Below, one piece after another: positions 1 through 9,378 of a DNA stretch of 64,000 nt. A program made the translations under genes and the position numbers. The notes under the pieces are model-generated. The model had not been told where the DNA came from, ran no database searches, and was given only the letters and a program-made list of their open reading frames with translations. This stretch comes from Dehalococcoidia bacterium (GTDB lineage Bacteria > Chloroflexota > Dehalococcoidia > Plut-88900). The stretch spans positions 608,001-672,000 of the forward strand of contig CBDBLV010000004.1 of the NCBI GenBank assembly GCA_965207225.1, in the 5' to 3' direction. Within the stretch, counting starts at the first letter, position 1. Each line of letters starts with the position of its first letter.

Positions 1-347
1 CCATCGTAAGAATAGGCGCCTACCAGTCCCCTAATAGAGACCTCGATGCCGGCCTCTTCCATCGACTCGCGTTGGGCTGCACCTTCCAGGGTCTCGCCGG
101 CATCAACAAAGCCCCCTGGGAAGACCCACTTCCCGTAGGCAGGCTCGATGCCCCGCTGCAGGAGCAGGAGTTTGCCGTTCTGCCGCACGATTGCGCCGGA
201 GGCGACTCTGGGGTTCAGGTACTGGATGTAGCCGCAAGACTGGCAGACGAGACGCTCGGGCTCTCCGTCTTTCACCAGCTTGAGTTTGAGGCGTCCTCCA
301 CAGCGAACACAGAAGTTGTAGCCGGTGTCTTTGTGTTGATGGGGCAT
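1..347 (-). CDS. NUDIX hydrolase with N-terminal zinc ribbon (3' end runs off the window)
   Basis: Manual translation MPHQHKDTGYNFCVRCGG...CQSCGYIQYLNPRV...GGFVDAGETLEGAAQRESMEEAGI contains two CxxC pairs and a complete Nudix box. Not in the ORF track. Confidence 0.9.
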   Translation of the reverse strand, partial: MPHQHKDTGYNFCVRCGGRLKLKLVKDGEPERLVCQSCGYIQYLNPRVASGAIVRQNGKLLLLQRGIEPAYGKWVFPGGFVDAGETLEGAAQRESMEEAGIEVSIRGLVGAYSYD

Positions 348-482
348 AGCGTGGTTGCAGGCCGAAAATGAGCCTTGCCTCGGCCGCGGAGTTTAGGGTA
401 GGTTACTCTGAATGGTAGACTGCCCGCAAACATCAAACCGACAAAGGGAGTCGGCGGGAGGTCTGCTCCCAAAGCAAGGAGG

Positions 483-1304
483 TTGCAGGTGAAGCCCATA
501 AACTACGTAGCCAAGCTGAATGCGCATTACCAGGGCCACGGGTTTCCGCCGTACAGGTGGTCCGTGTTCCGCACCACGACCTGGGCGCCGTTTGAGAAGC
601 CGCTGAACAAGGCCAAGGTTGCGCTTCTTTGCTCCTCGGGGATGTCGCGTCGGGACCAGGAGCCCTTCGACCCCCTGGCCAGGAGCGAAATGAGCTACCG
701 TGAGATACCCAAGGACACGCCGACCGAAGACCTGGTCATAAACTACGACTACTACGACCATCGAGACGCCGACAAGGACCCCAACGTCATCCTGCCCCTG
801 GACAGATTTCGAGAGCTGGAGGAGGAGGGGTACATCGGGGAGCTGGCCGAGACCAACTACGGGCTCGGCATGGGAAGGATGTACAAGCGGACTGCTCTCC
901 AGACGCAGCTGGCGGCCGAGATTGCCAGGAAGGTGAAGTCGGCGAAGGTTGATGTCCTGTTCTGTGTACCTGCCTGACCTCTCGACCACCAGTCCGTTGG
1001 ACTGCTAGCGAGAGTAGTTGAAGAGGTGGGAGTCAGCACGGTTTACGTGGGGTCGGTAAGGGATATGATGGCGCAGGTGAAGCCGCCCAGGCCGGTGTTC
1101 GTCAATTTCCCGTTGGGACATCAATGCGGCAAGCCCTTCGACAAAGCGCTGCAGACGAACATCATCAAGGATGCCCTCGGGACTCTGAACTCGCTGGATG
1201 AGCCGGGTCGGATTACCGACCTGCCCTACGAATGGGGAGAGGAATTCGTATACGAGACAGGGAAAGGGGAATTGCCTGCGGACCAGAGGCCACCGGGGCG
1301 GTGA
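483..1304 (+). CDS. Glycine/betaine/sarcosine/D-proline reductase family selenoprotein B (PrdB-like), Sec at UGA 975-977
   Basis: ORFs 483-977 and 1026-1304 are in the same frame. Read-through gives FCVPA-U-PLDHQSVGLLARVVEEVGVSTV...KPPR...FPLG, as in PrdB-like proteins. The N-half has YDHRDADKDPNVILPLDRFREL. A SECIS hairpin follows the UGA. Confidence 0.85.
979..1014 (+). promoter_or_regulatory. Bacterial SECIS element
   Basis: Lower stem CTCTCG/CGAGAG, upper stem CAGTCC/GGACTG, apical loop GTT, immediately 3' of the in-frame UGA. Confidence 0.8.
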
Positions 1305-1346
1305 TGGGGGTGGGAGGCGTCGTGAAGGCAGCGGCCTGTACGGCGT

Positions 1347-1724
1347 CTATAGACTTTGCACGTGCTCTTCTAGCCACGAATTAAGCTGCGCGAACTGGAA
1401 CGTGCCGGTCTCAAACAAATGCATGAAGAAGGCATACGCCTCCTCGTTGCTGCAGTCGATGAAGCTGCCATTCACACGGAGAAATGCATCTGTCACAGCG
1501 AAAGCTACCCGCTTGTTGCCATCAATGAATGGATGGTTCATTGCCAGGCTTTCCATCATGGCTGCAGCTTCCTGGATGAGGCCATCGTAGTAGCCGATTT
1601 GGGGCCTCATGATGGCGGAGGCCAAGGCTCCTTCGTCACGTAGTCCCTGGGCACCGCCGTGAGTGCGGATCAAGAGGTCATGCGTCGCTATGACGTCCTC
1701 AAGGGTAGGGAATATATGAGTCAT
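1347..1724 (-). CDS. doc: Type II toxin, death-on-curing (Doc/Fic) family
   Basis: HPFIDGNKR motif; N-terminal H...HGG..GLRD.GAL.SA..RP; 125 aa; overlaps the upstream small gene by 4 nt. Confidence 0.9.
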   Translation of the reverse strand: MTHIFPTLEDVIATHDLLIRTHGGAQGLRDEGALASAIMRPQIGYYDGLIQEAAAMMESLAMNHPFIDGNKRVAFAVTDAFLRVNGSFIDCSNEEAYAFFMHLFETGTFQFAQLNSWLEEHVQSL

Positions 1725-1948
1725 TGGGCGAGGAGTTCAAGAAGTCGACGGTTTCGCTCCATACTCGCCCTAGCGTGGGCCATGAACACCGGGTTGGGTT
1801 TCCCTCCTTCTCTGCTCTCGATATATTCCCGAAAGGCGTCTTCCAATACGGCTTGAAACTGACGACCTTCTTTACGCGCTATCTCACGCATGGCCTTTAG
1901 CAGTTCGGGTGAGGCCTGACTTGAGAATTTTTCTCGAGAAGCAACCAT
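1721..1948 (-). CDS. Antitoxin, probable ribbon-helix-helix fold
   Basis: 75 aa, translationally coupled to doc; beta-helix-helix-like N-terminus (EKFSSQASPELLKAMREIARKEGRQFQAVLEDAFREY). Confidence 0.75.
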   Translation of the reverse strand: MVASREKFSSQASPELLKAMREIARKEGRQFQAVLEDAFREYIESREGGKPNPVFMAHARASMERNRRLLELLAQ

Positions 1949-1977
1949 GTGATAAAGCTCCTTTGTGGCTTATCCAC

Positions 1978-2018
1978 ATTATCCTGTTGTCTATCAAGTA
2001 ATGTCAAGATATATCTTG
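1978..2018 (-). promoter_or_regulatory. sigma70-like promoter of the TA operon with palindromic operator
   Basis: Minus strand TTGACA-N18-GATAAT; perfect palindrome CAAGATATATCTTG (2005-2018) overlaps the -35. Confidence 0.55.
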
Positions 2019-2033
2019 CTCGCACTCACTCAA

Positions 2034-3557
2034 CTATCCCAACCCCCGAGGCCTATACTGGACGGCTTCTGCGACATGTGTAACCTCGATGCGTTCGGAG
2101 GCGGAGAGATCGGCGATGGTGCGGGAGAGCTTGAGGATGCGGTGAAAGGCGCGGGCGGATAGCTGCAGCTGCTGGGTGGCCTGCTGGAGAAGGCCTCGGG
2201 CGCCGTCTTCCAGGATGCAGACGTTCTTCACCTGGGCGGGGCCCATGTCTGCGTTGCAGGCCAGGGTAGTGCCTTCAAAGCGGGACAACTGGAGACTCCT
2301 GGCATCTTCTACCCTTTGCCGGGCGTGTTTGGAGTTCTCAGCGTTATCGGGCTTCATGAGTTTTTCGTAGTCGACTCTCGGGACTTCTACGAACATATCG
2401 ATGCGGTCAAGAAGGGGGCCGCTGATGCGCTTCTGGTATCGGGCCACGAGCCCCGGGGCACAGGTGCACTCCCTGACGGAGTCACCGTAGAAGCCGCAAG
2501 GGCACGGGTTCATGGCGGCGACCAACATGAAGTTGGCAGGAAAGGTAACTGTGCCTTGAGCGCGGCTGATGGTGACGACTTTGTCCTCGATTGGCTGGCG
2601 GAGGACTTCGAGGGTGTTGCGGCCGAACTCGGGGAGTTCGTCCAGAAATAGGACGCCGCGGTGGCTGAGGCTGATCTCTCCGGGGCCGGGCTTGCGGCCT
2701 CCACCTACCAGTCCTGCGTGGGAAATTGTGTAGTGGGGCGAACGGAAGGGGCGCTGTCTCATCAGGGCCGTGTCGGATTGAAGGAGGCCGCTCACGCTGT
2801 ATATCTTGGTCACTTCCAGGGACTCGTCGGGGGACATCTTAGGGAGGAGGGATGGAAGGGACCGGGCCAGCATAGTCTTTCCGCTTCCGGGCGGGCCGGT
2901 CATCAGAATGTTGTGGCCTCCCGCGGCAGCAATCTCCAGGGCGCGCTTGGCGTGTTCCTGACCCCTAATGTAAGCGAAGTCGGACTCATAGAAATCGGGG
3001 GCTTCATCGGCGGGCACAGCTCCATTACCGTGGTGAGGGGCAAGGGGTTCGTCGCCGCGGAGATGGTTGACGAGTGACGGCAGGGTGGCCACCGGGAAGA
3101 TGTCAATGCCTTCCACGACGGCGGCTTCGGCCTTGTCGAGGTCGGGGACGAAGACACTGCGAAAGCCTTTGTCCTTGGCGATACCGACCATCGGCAGGAC
3201 CCCGTGGGTGTGTCTTACGGAACCTTCCAGTGAAAGCTCACCCAGGAATATGACCTCGGTAGCGTCAGTCTCGATCTGGCCGGAGCTCATCAGGATGCCG
3301 ACGGCGATGGGGAGGTCGTAGGCCGGGCCTTCTTTACGGAGGCCGGCGGGGGCGAGGTTGACAGTGATCCGCTTCATCGGGAACTGGAATCCCGAGTTGC
3401 GGATGGCAGCGCGGACTCTCTCCCGGGATTCCTGGACTGCGGTGTCGGGGAGGCCGACTATATTGAAAGCCGGAAGTCCTGGGGAGATGTCTACTTCGAC
3501 TTCTACTATGGCCCCTTCGAGGCCAACGACTGCACAGCTTCTAACTCTGGCTAACAT
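2034..3557 (-). CDS. comM: YifB/ComM family Mg-chelatase-like AAA+ ATPase
   Basis: VGLPDTAVQESRERV, NLAPA, GPPGSGKT, FRSPH, LFLDE, MNPCPCG, SGPLLDRID motifs. Confidence 0.95.
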   Translation of the reverse strand: MLARVRSCAVVGLEGAIVEVEVDISPGLPAFNIVGLPDTAVQESRERVRAAIRNSGFQFPMKRITVNLAPAGLRKEGPAYDLPIAVGILMSSGQIETDATEVIFLGELSLEGSVRHTHGVLPMVGIAKDKGFRSVFVPDLDKAEAAVVEGIDIFPVATLPSLVNHLRGDEPLAPHHGNGAVPADEAPDFYESDFAYIRGQEHAKRALEIAAAGGHNILMTGPPGSGKTMLARSLPSLLPKMSPDESLEVTKIYSVSGLLQSDTALMRQRPFRSPHYTISHAGLVGGGRKPGPGEISLSHRGVLFLDELPEFGRNTLEVLRQPIEDKVVTISRAQGTVTFPANFMLVAAMNPCPCGFYGDSVRECTCAPGLVARYQKRISGPLLDRIDMFVEVPRVDYEKLMKPDNAENSKHARQRVEDARSLQLSRFEGTTLACNADMGPAQVKNVCILEDGARGLLQQATQQLQLSARAFHRILKLSRTIADLSASERIEVTHVAEAVQYRPRGLG

Positions 3558-3572
3558 GAGTGGTGGAGGTGA

Positions 3573-4481
3573 CTAATCGGAATCTGCGCCCGTCCCCCTA
3601 ACCTTCACTCCGGCCCGCTCTTCGATAATCAGGTCGGTGGCGTTGAAGTTCCTGTCGCCCCAGCCCCGGTCCATAGCCTCAAGCTGGATCTGCTCCGCAA
3701 TGGAGGAAAGGGGCACGGGGGCACGGACTTCCCTGGCCAGCTGAATTGCAAGGGACGTGTCCTTCTGAGAAAGCTTGAGTGCGAAGCTGGCAGGATCGAA
3801 TTTTCCGGACAGGAGGTCGTTCTCCAGGCCGCCGACAGGAGAGGCCTGACCATACATGCCGCCCCCAACGGCCTTAAGAAGGGTCTCGGCGTCGACCCCC
3901 GCTTTTACTCCGAGGGTCATGCCTTCCAGGACGACCATCCGGGTAGCAGCACCCATGACGTTGTGCACGAGCTTGCATACCGAGCCGCTGCCTATGGGCC
4001 CCGTGTAGAGGATGTTATTGCCGAGGTGGTCGAGCAAGGGTTTCACCCTGTCGAAGATTTCTTTGTCGCCGCCGATCATGATGATCATCGTGCGGTTAGT
4101 GGCCCCGACTTCGCCGCCGCTCACAGGGGCATCAAGGATATGGGCTCCCTTTTCCCTGAATGCGGGGTACATTCTTCTGGCCAAGGATGGTGAGATGCTG
4201 GAAAGGTCTGCGTAGACGGCACCTTCAGAGATACCGTCGAGAATGCCGTCAGGGCCGAGGGCAACAGCTTCGACCTCCACGGGGCCCGGGAGGGAGCTCA
4301 GGATGATCTCGCTGCCCTCGGCGGCTTCGCGGGGGGTTGCTGCCCAGTCGGCGCCCAACTCTTCGAAGCGTCGTACCGCTTCACGGTTGATGTCATTAAC
4401 TTTAACCTTGTAGCCATCTTCAAGAAGGTTGCGGACCATAGGGCCACCCATGTTGCCGACACCAATAAATCCCAGATTCAT
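3573..4481 (-). CDS. NAD(P)-dependent 3-hydroxyisobutyrate/2-hydroxy-3-oxopropionate dehydrogenase family
   Basis: GFIGVGNMG Rossmann motif, DAPVSGG, catalytic KLVHN; start trimmed to MNLGF behind AGGAG. Confidence 0.9.
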   Translation of the reverse strand: MNLGFIGVGNMGGPMVRNLLEDGYKVKVNDINREAVRRFEELGADWAATPREAAEGSEIILSSLPGPVEVEAVALGPDGILDGISEGAVYADLSSISPSLARRMYPAFREKGAHILDAPVSGGEVGATNRTMIIMIGGDKEIFDRVKPLLDHLGNNILYTGPIGSGSVCKLVHNVMGAATRMVVLEGMTLGVKAGVDAETLLKAVGGGMYGQASPVGGLENDLLSGKFDPASFALKLSQKDTSLAIQLAREVRAPVPLSSIAEQIQLEAMDRGWGDRNFNATDLIIEERAGVKVRGTGADSD

Positions 4482-4559
4482 AGCAATCTCTCCTGTAAGG
4501 AATGAATCGACCACTGATACAAGTCTGCCAGAAGGCCATTATAGCAATCGTTGTGTGCC

Positions 4560-4588
4560 TTGACACCCCGTAAGCCGGGGAATAGCCT
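4560..4588 (+). promoter_or_regulatory. sigma70-like promoter
   Basis: TTGACA-N17-TAGCCT; the spacer holds the inverted repeat CCCCG-TAAGC-CGGGG. Confidence 0.5.
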
Positions 4589-4636
4589 TCGGGCTAGTCG
4601 GGCGAAGAACAAGGTAGAGATTGTCGGGAGGGAGTC

Positions 4637-5755
4637 ATGGCAAGAAACGGTTTCAAGGTGATGGACTCCGACATGCACGTCATAGAGCCGATGGACTTAT
4701 GGCAGACCTACATGGACCCCGAGTTCCGGGACCGCGCGCCGAAGGGCGTCACCCGGTTCCAGGGCGACATGATGATGGAGGTGAACGGCCAGAACGTCCC
4801 GTACTGGATGCCCGGCAAACGGTACCATGACTGGCAGAAGCATACTGCAAAGGAGCAGGACGCCGCCTACAAATACTCCTACGAGAGAGACTGGAACTCG
4901 GCGACGCAGGTAAGGGCGATGGATATCGAGGGGCTGGATGTGGCATTTCTATACCCCAGCCGAGGGCTGTACACGCTGGCGGTAGACGGGATGGAGCCGC
5001 AACTGGGGGCAGCAATTGCGACGGCCTACAACCGTTGGATGTACGACTTTTGCTCGATAGCCCCCGACCGGATGTACGGGGCTTCCATGGTGTCCGCGTT
5101 TGACGTGGAGTCGGGGGTGGCGGAGGCCCGGGCGAGCGTCCGGGACCAGGGGATGAAGGCGATATTCATCAGGCCCAACATTGTCAACGGTCGCAACTGG
5201 CATGACGCCTACTACGATCCACTCTGGGGCGAGATCGAAGCACTGGGTGTGCCCCTCGGGTTTCACGAAGGTGCAAGCGCTCGGCTTCCTCAAGTAGGCA
5301 GCACGTTCGAGACCTACATGATGCACCACACCGTGTGTCACCCGTTCAACATGATGATGGCTGTGGTGAGCTTCATTGGCGGCGGGATACTCGAGCGGTT
5401 CCCAAAGTTGAATGTCGGGTATCTGGAGGCAAACTGCGGATGGGCGCCCTGGCTGTTGTGGAGGCTGGACGAGCACTATGAGATGGTAGGGCGGTTCGAG
5501 TCGCCGGAGCTAACCCTGGAGCCACAGGAGTATTTCCTGAGACAGTGCTTTGTGTCGGTGGAGGTTGACGAGGAGCCGGCGGAATACGTGGAGAGCACGG
5601 GCCTGGGGGACACGGTGGTCTTTTCCACCGACTACCCGCACAACGATTCGAAATACCCAAGGGCCACGGACACGTTCCTGGAAATGCCGTTTCCCGAGGA
5701 TTTCAAGCGGAAAATCCTGTGGGATAACTGTGCTCGGATGTATGGATTCAACTAA
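4637..5755 (+). CDS. Amidohydrolase family protein (Amidohydro_2)
   Basis: DSDMH, YPS, LGFH, LERFPKL.V.YLE, STDYPH motifs. Confidence 0.9.
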   Translation: MARNGFKVMDSDMHVIEPMDLWQTYMDPEFRDRAPKGVTRFQGDMMMEVNGQNVPYWMPGKRYHDWQKHTAKEQDAAYKYSYERDWNSATQVRAMDIEGLDVAFLYPSRGLYTLAVDGMEPQLGAAIATAYNRWMYDFCSIAPDRMYGASMVSAFDVESGVAEARASVRDQGMKAIFIRPNIVNGRNWHDAYYDPLWGEIEALGVPLGFHEGASARLPQVGSTFETYMMHHTVCHPFNMMMAVVSFIGGGILERFPKLNVGYLEANCGWAPWLLWRLDEHYEMVGRFESPELTLEPQEYFLRQCFVSVEVDEEPAEYVESTGLGDTVVFSTDYPHNDSKYPRATDTFLEMPFPEDFKRKILWDNCARMYGFN

Positions 5756-5855
5756 GTACACCGCGCAGCGTAGATTCGTAGTATCCTAGGCTGCAACAGG
5801 CAGTGTCTGAACGGAATAGAAATCGCCACCTAGTGGAAAGGAGGTCGGACAAGAA

Positions 5856-7103
5856 ATGAAAGACGGAATGAGGTTTGTAGACTGTGACATGCACATCATG
5901 GAGCCGCAGAGCTTGTTCGACCGGTACCTGGACCCGAAGTTCAAGAGTCGGGTCACCTCCATGGTGGCAGCGGATGGCTCGGCCAGGGCCAACTGGTATA
6001 TAGACGGGGTGCACCCATCGGAGGACACGGAGCTTTCCCAGTACCGGAAGCCGATACGACCCAACAACGCCGACGCCTCGATTCTCAGCCCATCCCTGGG
6101 CAACCTTACGAGCTCACGGCTGGTGGAAACGGGCCGGATGGACTTCGCCTTGAATCGGAAGTACAACGAGGAAGCCCAGGTCATGGCAATGGAGATGGAG
6201 GGGATAGACATTGCGGTTCTGTTCCCCACCTCGGGGCTGAACCTGATAGCCAGGGATGACCTGGACCCGTGGATGTCGCTGGCCTTGTGCGAGGCGTACA
6301 ACAACTGGATTCACGAATTCTGCCAGTACAGCCCGGACCAGCTGAAGTTCGCGGCCATGCTCCCGATGCACGACGTAAACTTGGCATGTCGGGAACTGGT
6401 AAGGGCAGTCACGGAGCTGGGGGCAGTCGGGTCCTTTGTGCGCCCCAACCTGCTAAAGGGACGCTACTGGCACTCCAACTACTGGGACCCCCTCTACTCC
6501 CTGCACGAAGAGCTGGACGTGACCTGGGGCTTTCACGAGGGCACCGGGCCCTGGTACTCCTACATGAACCGGCTATACGGGGAAAACAGGTTCTACCGCC
6601 ACGTGGCCAGCCACTGGATAGAGATGCAGCACGCGATGATTGCGCAGATCATCGGCGGAGTATTCGAGTTTCACCCGAATCTCAGGGTCGGGTACCTGGA
6701 GGCACAGAACTCATGGGTCCCGGGTCTCCTGACCCGGATTGAATGGGACTATCCAAACTACCGGGAGACCCACGCACCGTACCTGTCGATGACGCCCAAG
6801 GAGTACTTCCAGCGCAACTGCTGGGCTGCCGTTGAGGGGTCGGAGCCGGAAATTGAGCCGACGGCCAGCCTGATCGGGTCCGAGCACATGTGCATGTCCA
6901 CGGACTACCCGCACTTCGACTCCAACTTCCCGAACGTGTCCAGCAACCTGCTGGCAACGGCGAGTCGGGAGACGGCGAAGAACATCATGTACGGCGGAGC
7001 GCTGCTGTACAACTTCTCGGATGCAGACTTTGCAAAGGCCGACGGTGCAATGGCGGCGTTCCAAGCCCGCAAGCAGGAGGAGAGGGCGCCGGCGGTGGGT
7101 TAG
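5856..7103 (+). CDS. Amidohydrolase family protein (Amidohydro_2)
   Basis: DCDMH, FPT, WGFH, YLE, STDYPH motifs. Confidence 0.9.
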   Translation: MKDGMRFVDCDMHIMEPQSLFDRYLDPKFKSRVTSMVAADGSARANWYIDGVHPSEDTELSQYRKPIRPNNADASILSPSLGNLTSSRLVETGRMDFALNRKYNEEAQVMAMEMEGIDIAVLFPTSGLNLIARDDLDPWMSLALCEAYNNWIHEFCQYSPDQLKFAAMLPMHDVNLACRELVRAVTELGAVGSFVRPNLLKGRYWHSNYWDPLYSLHEELDVTWGFHEGTGPWYSYMNRLYGENRFYRHVASHWIEMQHAMIAQIIGGVFEFHPNLRVGYLEAQNSWVPGLLTRIEWDYPNYRETHAPYLSMTPKEYFQRNCWAAVEGSEPEIEPTASLIGSEHMCMSTDYPHFDSNFPNVSSNLLATASRETAKNIMYGGALLYNFSDADFAKADGAMAAFQARKQEERAPAVG

Positions 7104-7131
7104 GTTCCTACTACTAACACAGAAGTACAAG

Positions 7132-7162
7132 AAGGGGCGGTTGGCCAAGCCAACCGCCCCTT
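7132..7162. terminator. Hairpin between convergent genes, probable bidirectional terminator
   Basis: AAGGGGCGGTTGGC-CAA-GCCAACCGCCCCTT, a perfect 14-bp stem. Confidence 0.75.
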
Positions 7163-7195
7163 AACTTTGCGAGAGAGGAAACGTGCGTCTACCGT

Positions 7196-7552
7196 CTACA
7201 AGTAAGTAGTGTGCTTTTCGGTGAAAGCTTCGGAGACGGGGAAGAAGATTAAGAGCTTTGCCGGCTCGGGACCTACGACGGTGAAGCCATGATTGGCGTC
7301 CCTGGGGATGGCGATGGTCTGCATTGGGTAGGCCCTGTGAACTTCTCCGCCGAGATCAGCGTCAACTACTCCTTCCAGGACTACGATTAGCTCGTCGATG
7401 TCGTGGTGGTGGGGAGGCGCCCCGGAGCCGGGGTCTACGATGTGGTAGTCGAAGGTGAGGGCAAAGCCGTCTTCGTAGCCAGACAACCTTCGGCGTCGGT
7501 AGCCTGGCCTGCGGGTCTCCTCTGCAGCGCTTTCGTGGTCGATGATGGACAT
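7196..7552 (-). CDS. Cupin domain protein
   Basis: PGSGAPPHHHDIDELIVVLEG and IPRDANHGF cupin motifs; start at MSIIDH. Confidence 0.85.
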   Translation of the reverse strand: MSIIDHESAAEETRRPGYRRRRLSGYEDGFALTFDYHIVDPGSGAPPHHHDIDELIVVLEGVVDADLGGEVHRAYPMQTIAIPRDANHGFTVVGPEPAKLLIFFPVSEAFTEKHTTYL

Positions 7553-7557
7553 GGGGC

Positions 7558-8064
7558 CTAGCCTCCGTAGAAGACCATATCGCCGAGGTCCTGCATCCAT
7601 AGGGTAGCGTTGTCGACGCGCCCATCGCCGAGGTCGGCAGGGGTTCCGGCTTCGATAACCTCACCGACAAAGATGGAGTGGTCGCCCTTTTCAATGGTGT
7701 CGGTGAGCTTGCACTCGACCCATGCGGGGGCGCTGTCGAGGATCGGGGCGCCTGAGCTGCCAGCCTGGAAGGACTCACCGCCGATGGAATTGCCGTCCCT
7801 GTCGTGGGACTTGAAGAAGTTGAAGGCGAGGCCCTGCTGCCCTTTGCCAAGAATATTCAGTACGAAGCTGCCACTGTCCTTGACGATAGCGTGGGCGCCA
7901 GAGTCAGCTTTCACGCCAACGGCCACCAAAGGCGGGGCAAAGGAGGCCTGGGTAACCCAATTTACGGTAGCGGAGGCCACGGATCCGTCCTTCCCTTCTG
8001 CTGTCATTACGTAGATGCCGTAGGGGATCATTCTGAGCGCGCTTTTCTTTGCATCCTGATCCAT
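7558..8064 (-). CDS. Flavin reductase-like family protein
   Basis: IPYGIYV, QASFAPPLV, GAPIL, GDHSIFVGEV; start at MDQDAK behind GGAGG. Confidence 0.9.
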   Translation of the reverse strand: MDQDAKKSALRMIPYGIYVMTAEGKDGSVASATVNWVTQASFAPPLVAVGVKADSGAHAIVKDSGSFVLNILGKGQQGLAFNFFKSHDRDGNSIGGESFQAGSSGAPILDSAPAWVECKLTDTIEKGDHSIFVGEVIEAGTPADLGDGRVDNATLWMQDLGDMVFYGG

Positions 8065-8175
8065 CTTTTCCTCCCAATTGGTGCTGAATCCGGTGGCCGG
8101 CGAGGCCATTATAACAGCCCGTTTGACACCTGATTTTCGCGGCATGATACTTGCCGAAGGGAGGGAGATGCAGCT

Positions 8176-9345
8176 ATGGAATACAAGACTATTTCGGCGG
8201 ATACACATATCGACATCCCGTGGCTTCCGGCAGACCTTTTCGTCTCCAACGCGCCCGAACAGTACAAACCGCACATGCCCAGGGTGGAGGATACAGACAA
8301 AGGAAGCATGTGGAAGGTGGACGGGCAGCTATTGGGTTGGGTAGCGGGCGCCGGATTGAAGGGTACATGGGAACCTTATAAGGCCGGGCTGTCCAATCAT
8401 CTTGATCAAATGGCGGCGACAGGATTCTTCGCTGATGGAGACAAAGGAGACTTCCACCCCACCACCCCTCACCTCCGGCTAGGAGACCAGGACCTGGACG
8501 ATATCCAGGCTGAGGTAATCTACGGGATTCTCGGGCTTGGAGGCGGATTCTCTGTCGGGGCGAATGACTATGGAATCACCGACGCTGACCGCACCGTATT
8601 AATGTATGACATCTACAACGAATGGCTGGCAGGTTTCTGCAACAGCAACCCTGACAGGTTTGCCGGCCTGGCGTGCCTCACGAGCCACGATCCCGAGGTA
8701 GCGGCAAATCAGGTCAGGAAGGCTGCCGAGATGGGATTGAGAGGCGCCGAGTTGAACGTCAGCCAGGCAGTCAAGCCCGTCTACCACGAGGCGTGGGACC
8801 CCCTTTGGATAGCGGCAGAGGAATGCCGGATGCCGATCTCTTTCCATACGCTCGGGATCGGGTACCGAAAACCCGACCCCGAAGACCGGAAGAAGTTGGA
8901 GTGGGTAGACTTCGGGATCTTGCTGGTGACCTTCCAGCTATCGGGGGCAGAATTCCTGGCAAGCATGGCGTTCGGAGGGGCTTGTGACCGGTACCCGGAT
9001 TTCAACTTCGTGCTGGGGGAGTGCGGAATTGGGTGGATACCCTATGTCCTCTACAGGATGGACGAGGAATACAAGGAGACCCTATTCCACCTTAACCTGA
9101 GCATGCTGCCTAGCGAACTGTGGTGTCGGCAGGGGTATTCGACGTTCCAGCACGAAAGCCCGGGGCACGAGGCCATTGCAGCCATTGGTGAAAACAACAT
9201 CATGTGGGGCTCCGACTATCCCCACCACGATGGCGTTTGGCCTGATTCTCAAAAGGTGATCAAAGAGGACCTGGGACACCTAGAGGAGTCGGTGGTAGAC
9301 AAGATCACCTGTCAGAATGCTGCAAGGCTGTACCGTTTCAATTGA
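8176..9345 (+). CDS. Amidohydrolase family protein (Amidohydro_2)
   Basis: SADTH, ISFH, FVLGECGIGW, WGSDYPH motifs. Confidence 0.9.
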   Translation: MEYKTISADTHIDIPWLPADLFVSNAPEQYKPHMPRVEDTDKGSMWKVDGQLLGWVAGAGLKGTWEPYKAGLSNHLDQMAATGFFADGDKGDFHPTTPHLRLGDQDLDDIQAEVIYGILGLGGGFSVGANDYGITDADRTVLMYDIYNEWLAGFCNSNPDRFAGLACLTSHDPEVAANQVRKAAEMGLRGAELNVSQAVKPVYHEAWDPLWIAAEECRMPISFHTLGIGYRKPDPEDRKKLEWVDFGILLVTFQLSGAEFLASMAFGGACDRYPDFNFVLGECGIGWIPYVLYRMDEEYKETLFHLNLSMLPSELWCRQGYSTFQHESPGHEAIAAIGENNIMWGSDYPHHDGVWPDSQKVIKEDLGHLEESVVDKITCQNAARLYRFN

Positions 9346-9378
9346 ACGAACCGCCGGATGATGACGAGGTAATTCCAA

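Noticed and set aside
1970-1978. Replication origin suggested by TTATCCACA
   Set aside because: Only one box, with no cluster, DUE or dnaA gene.
2034-3557. Integrative element inserted in comM
   Set aside because: comM is intact and no integrase or att duplication is visible.
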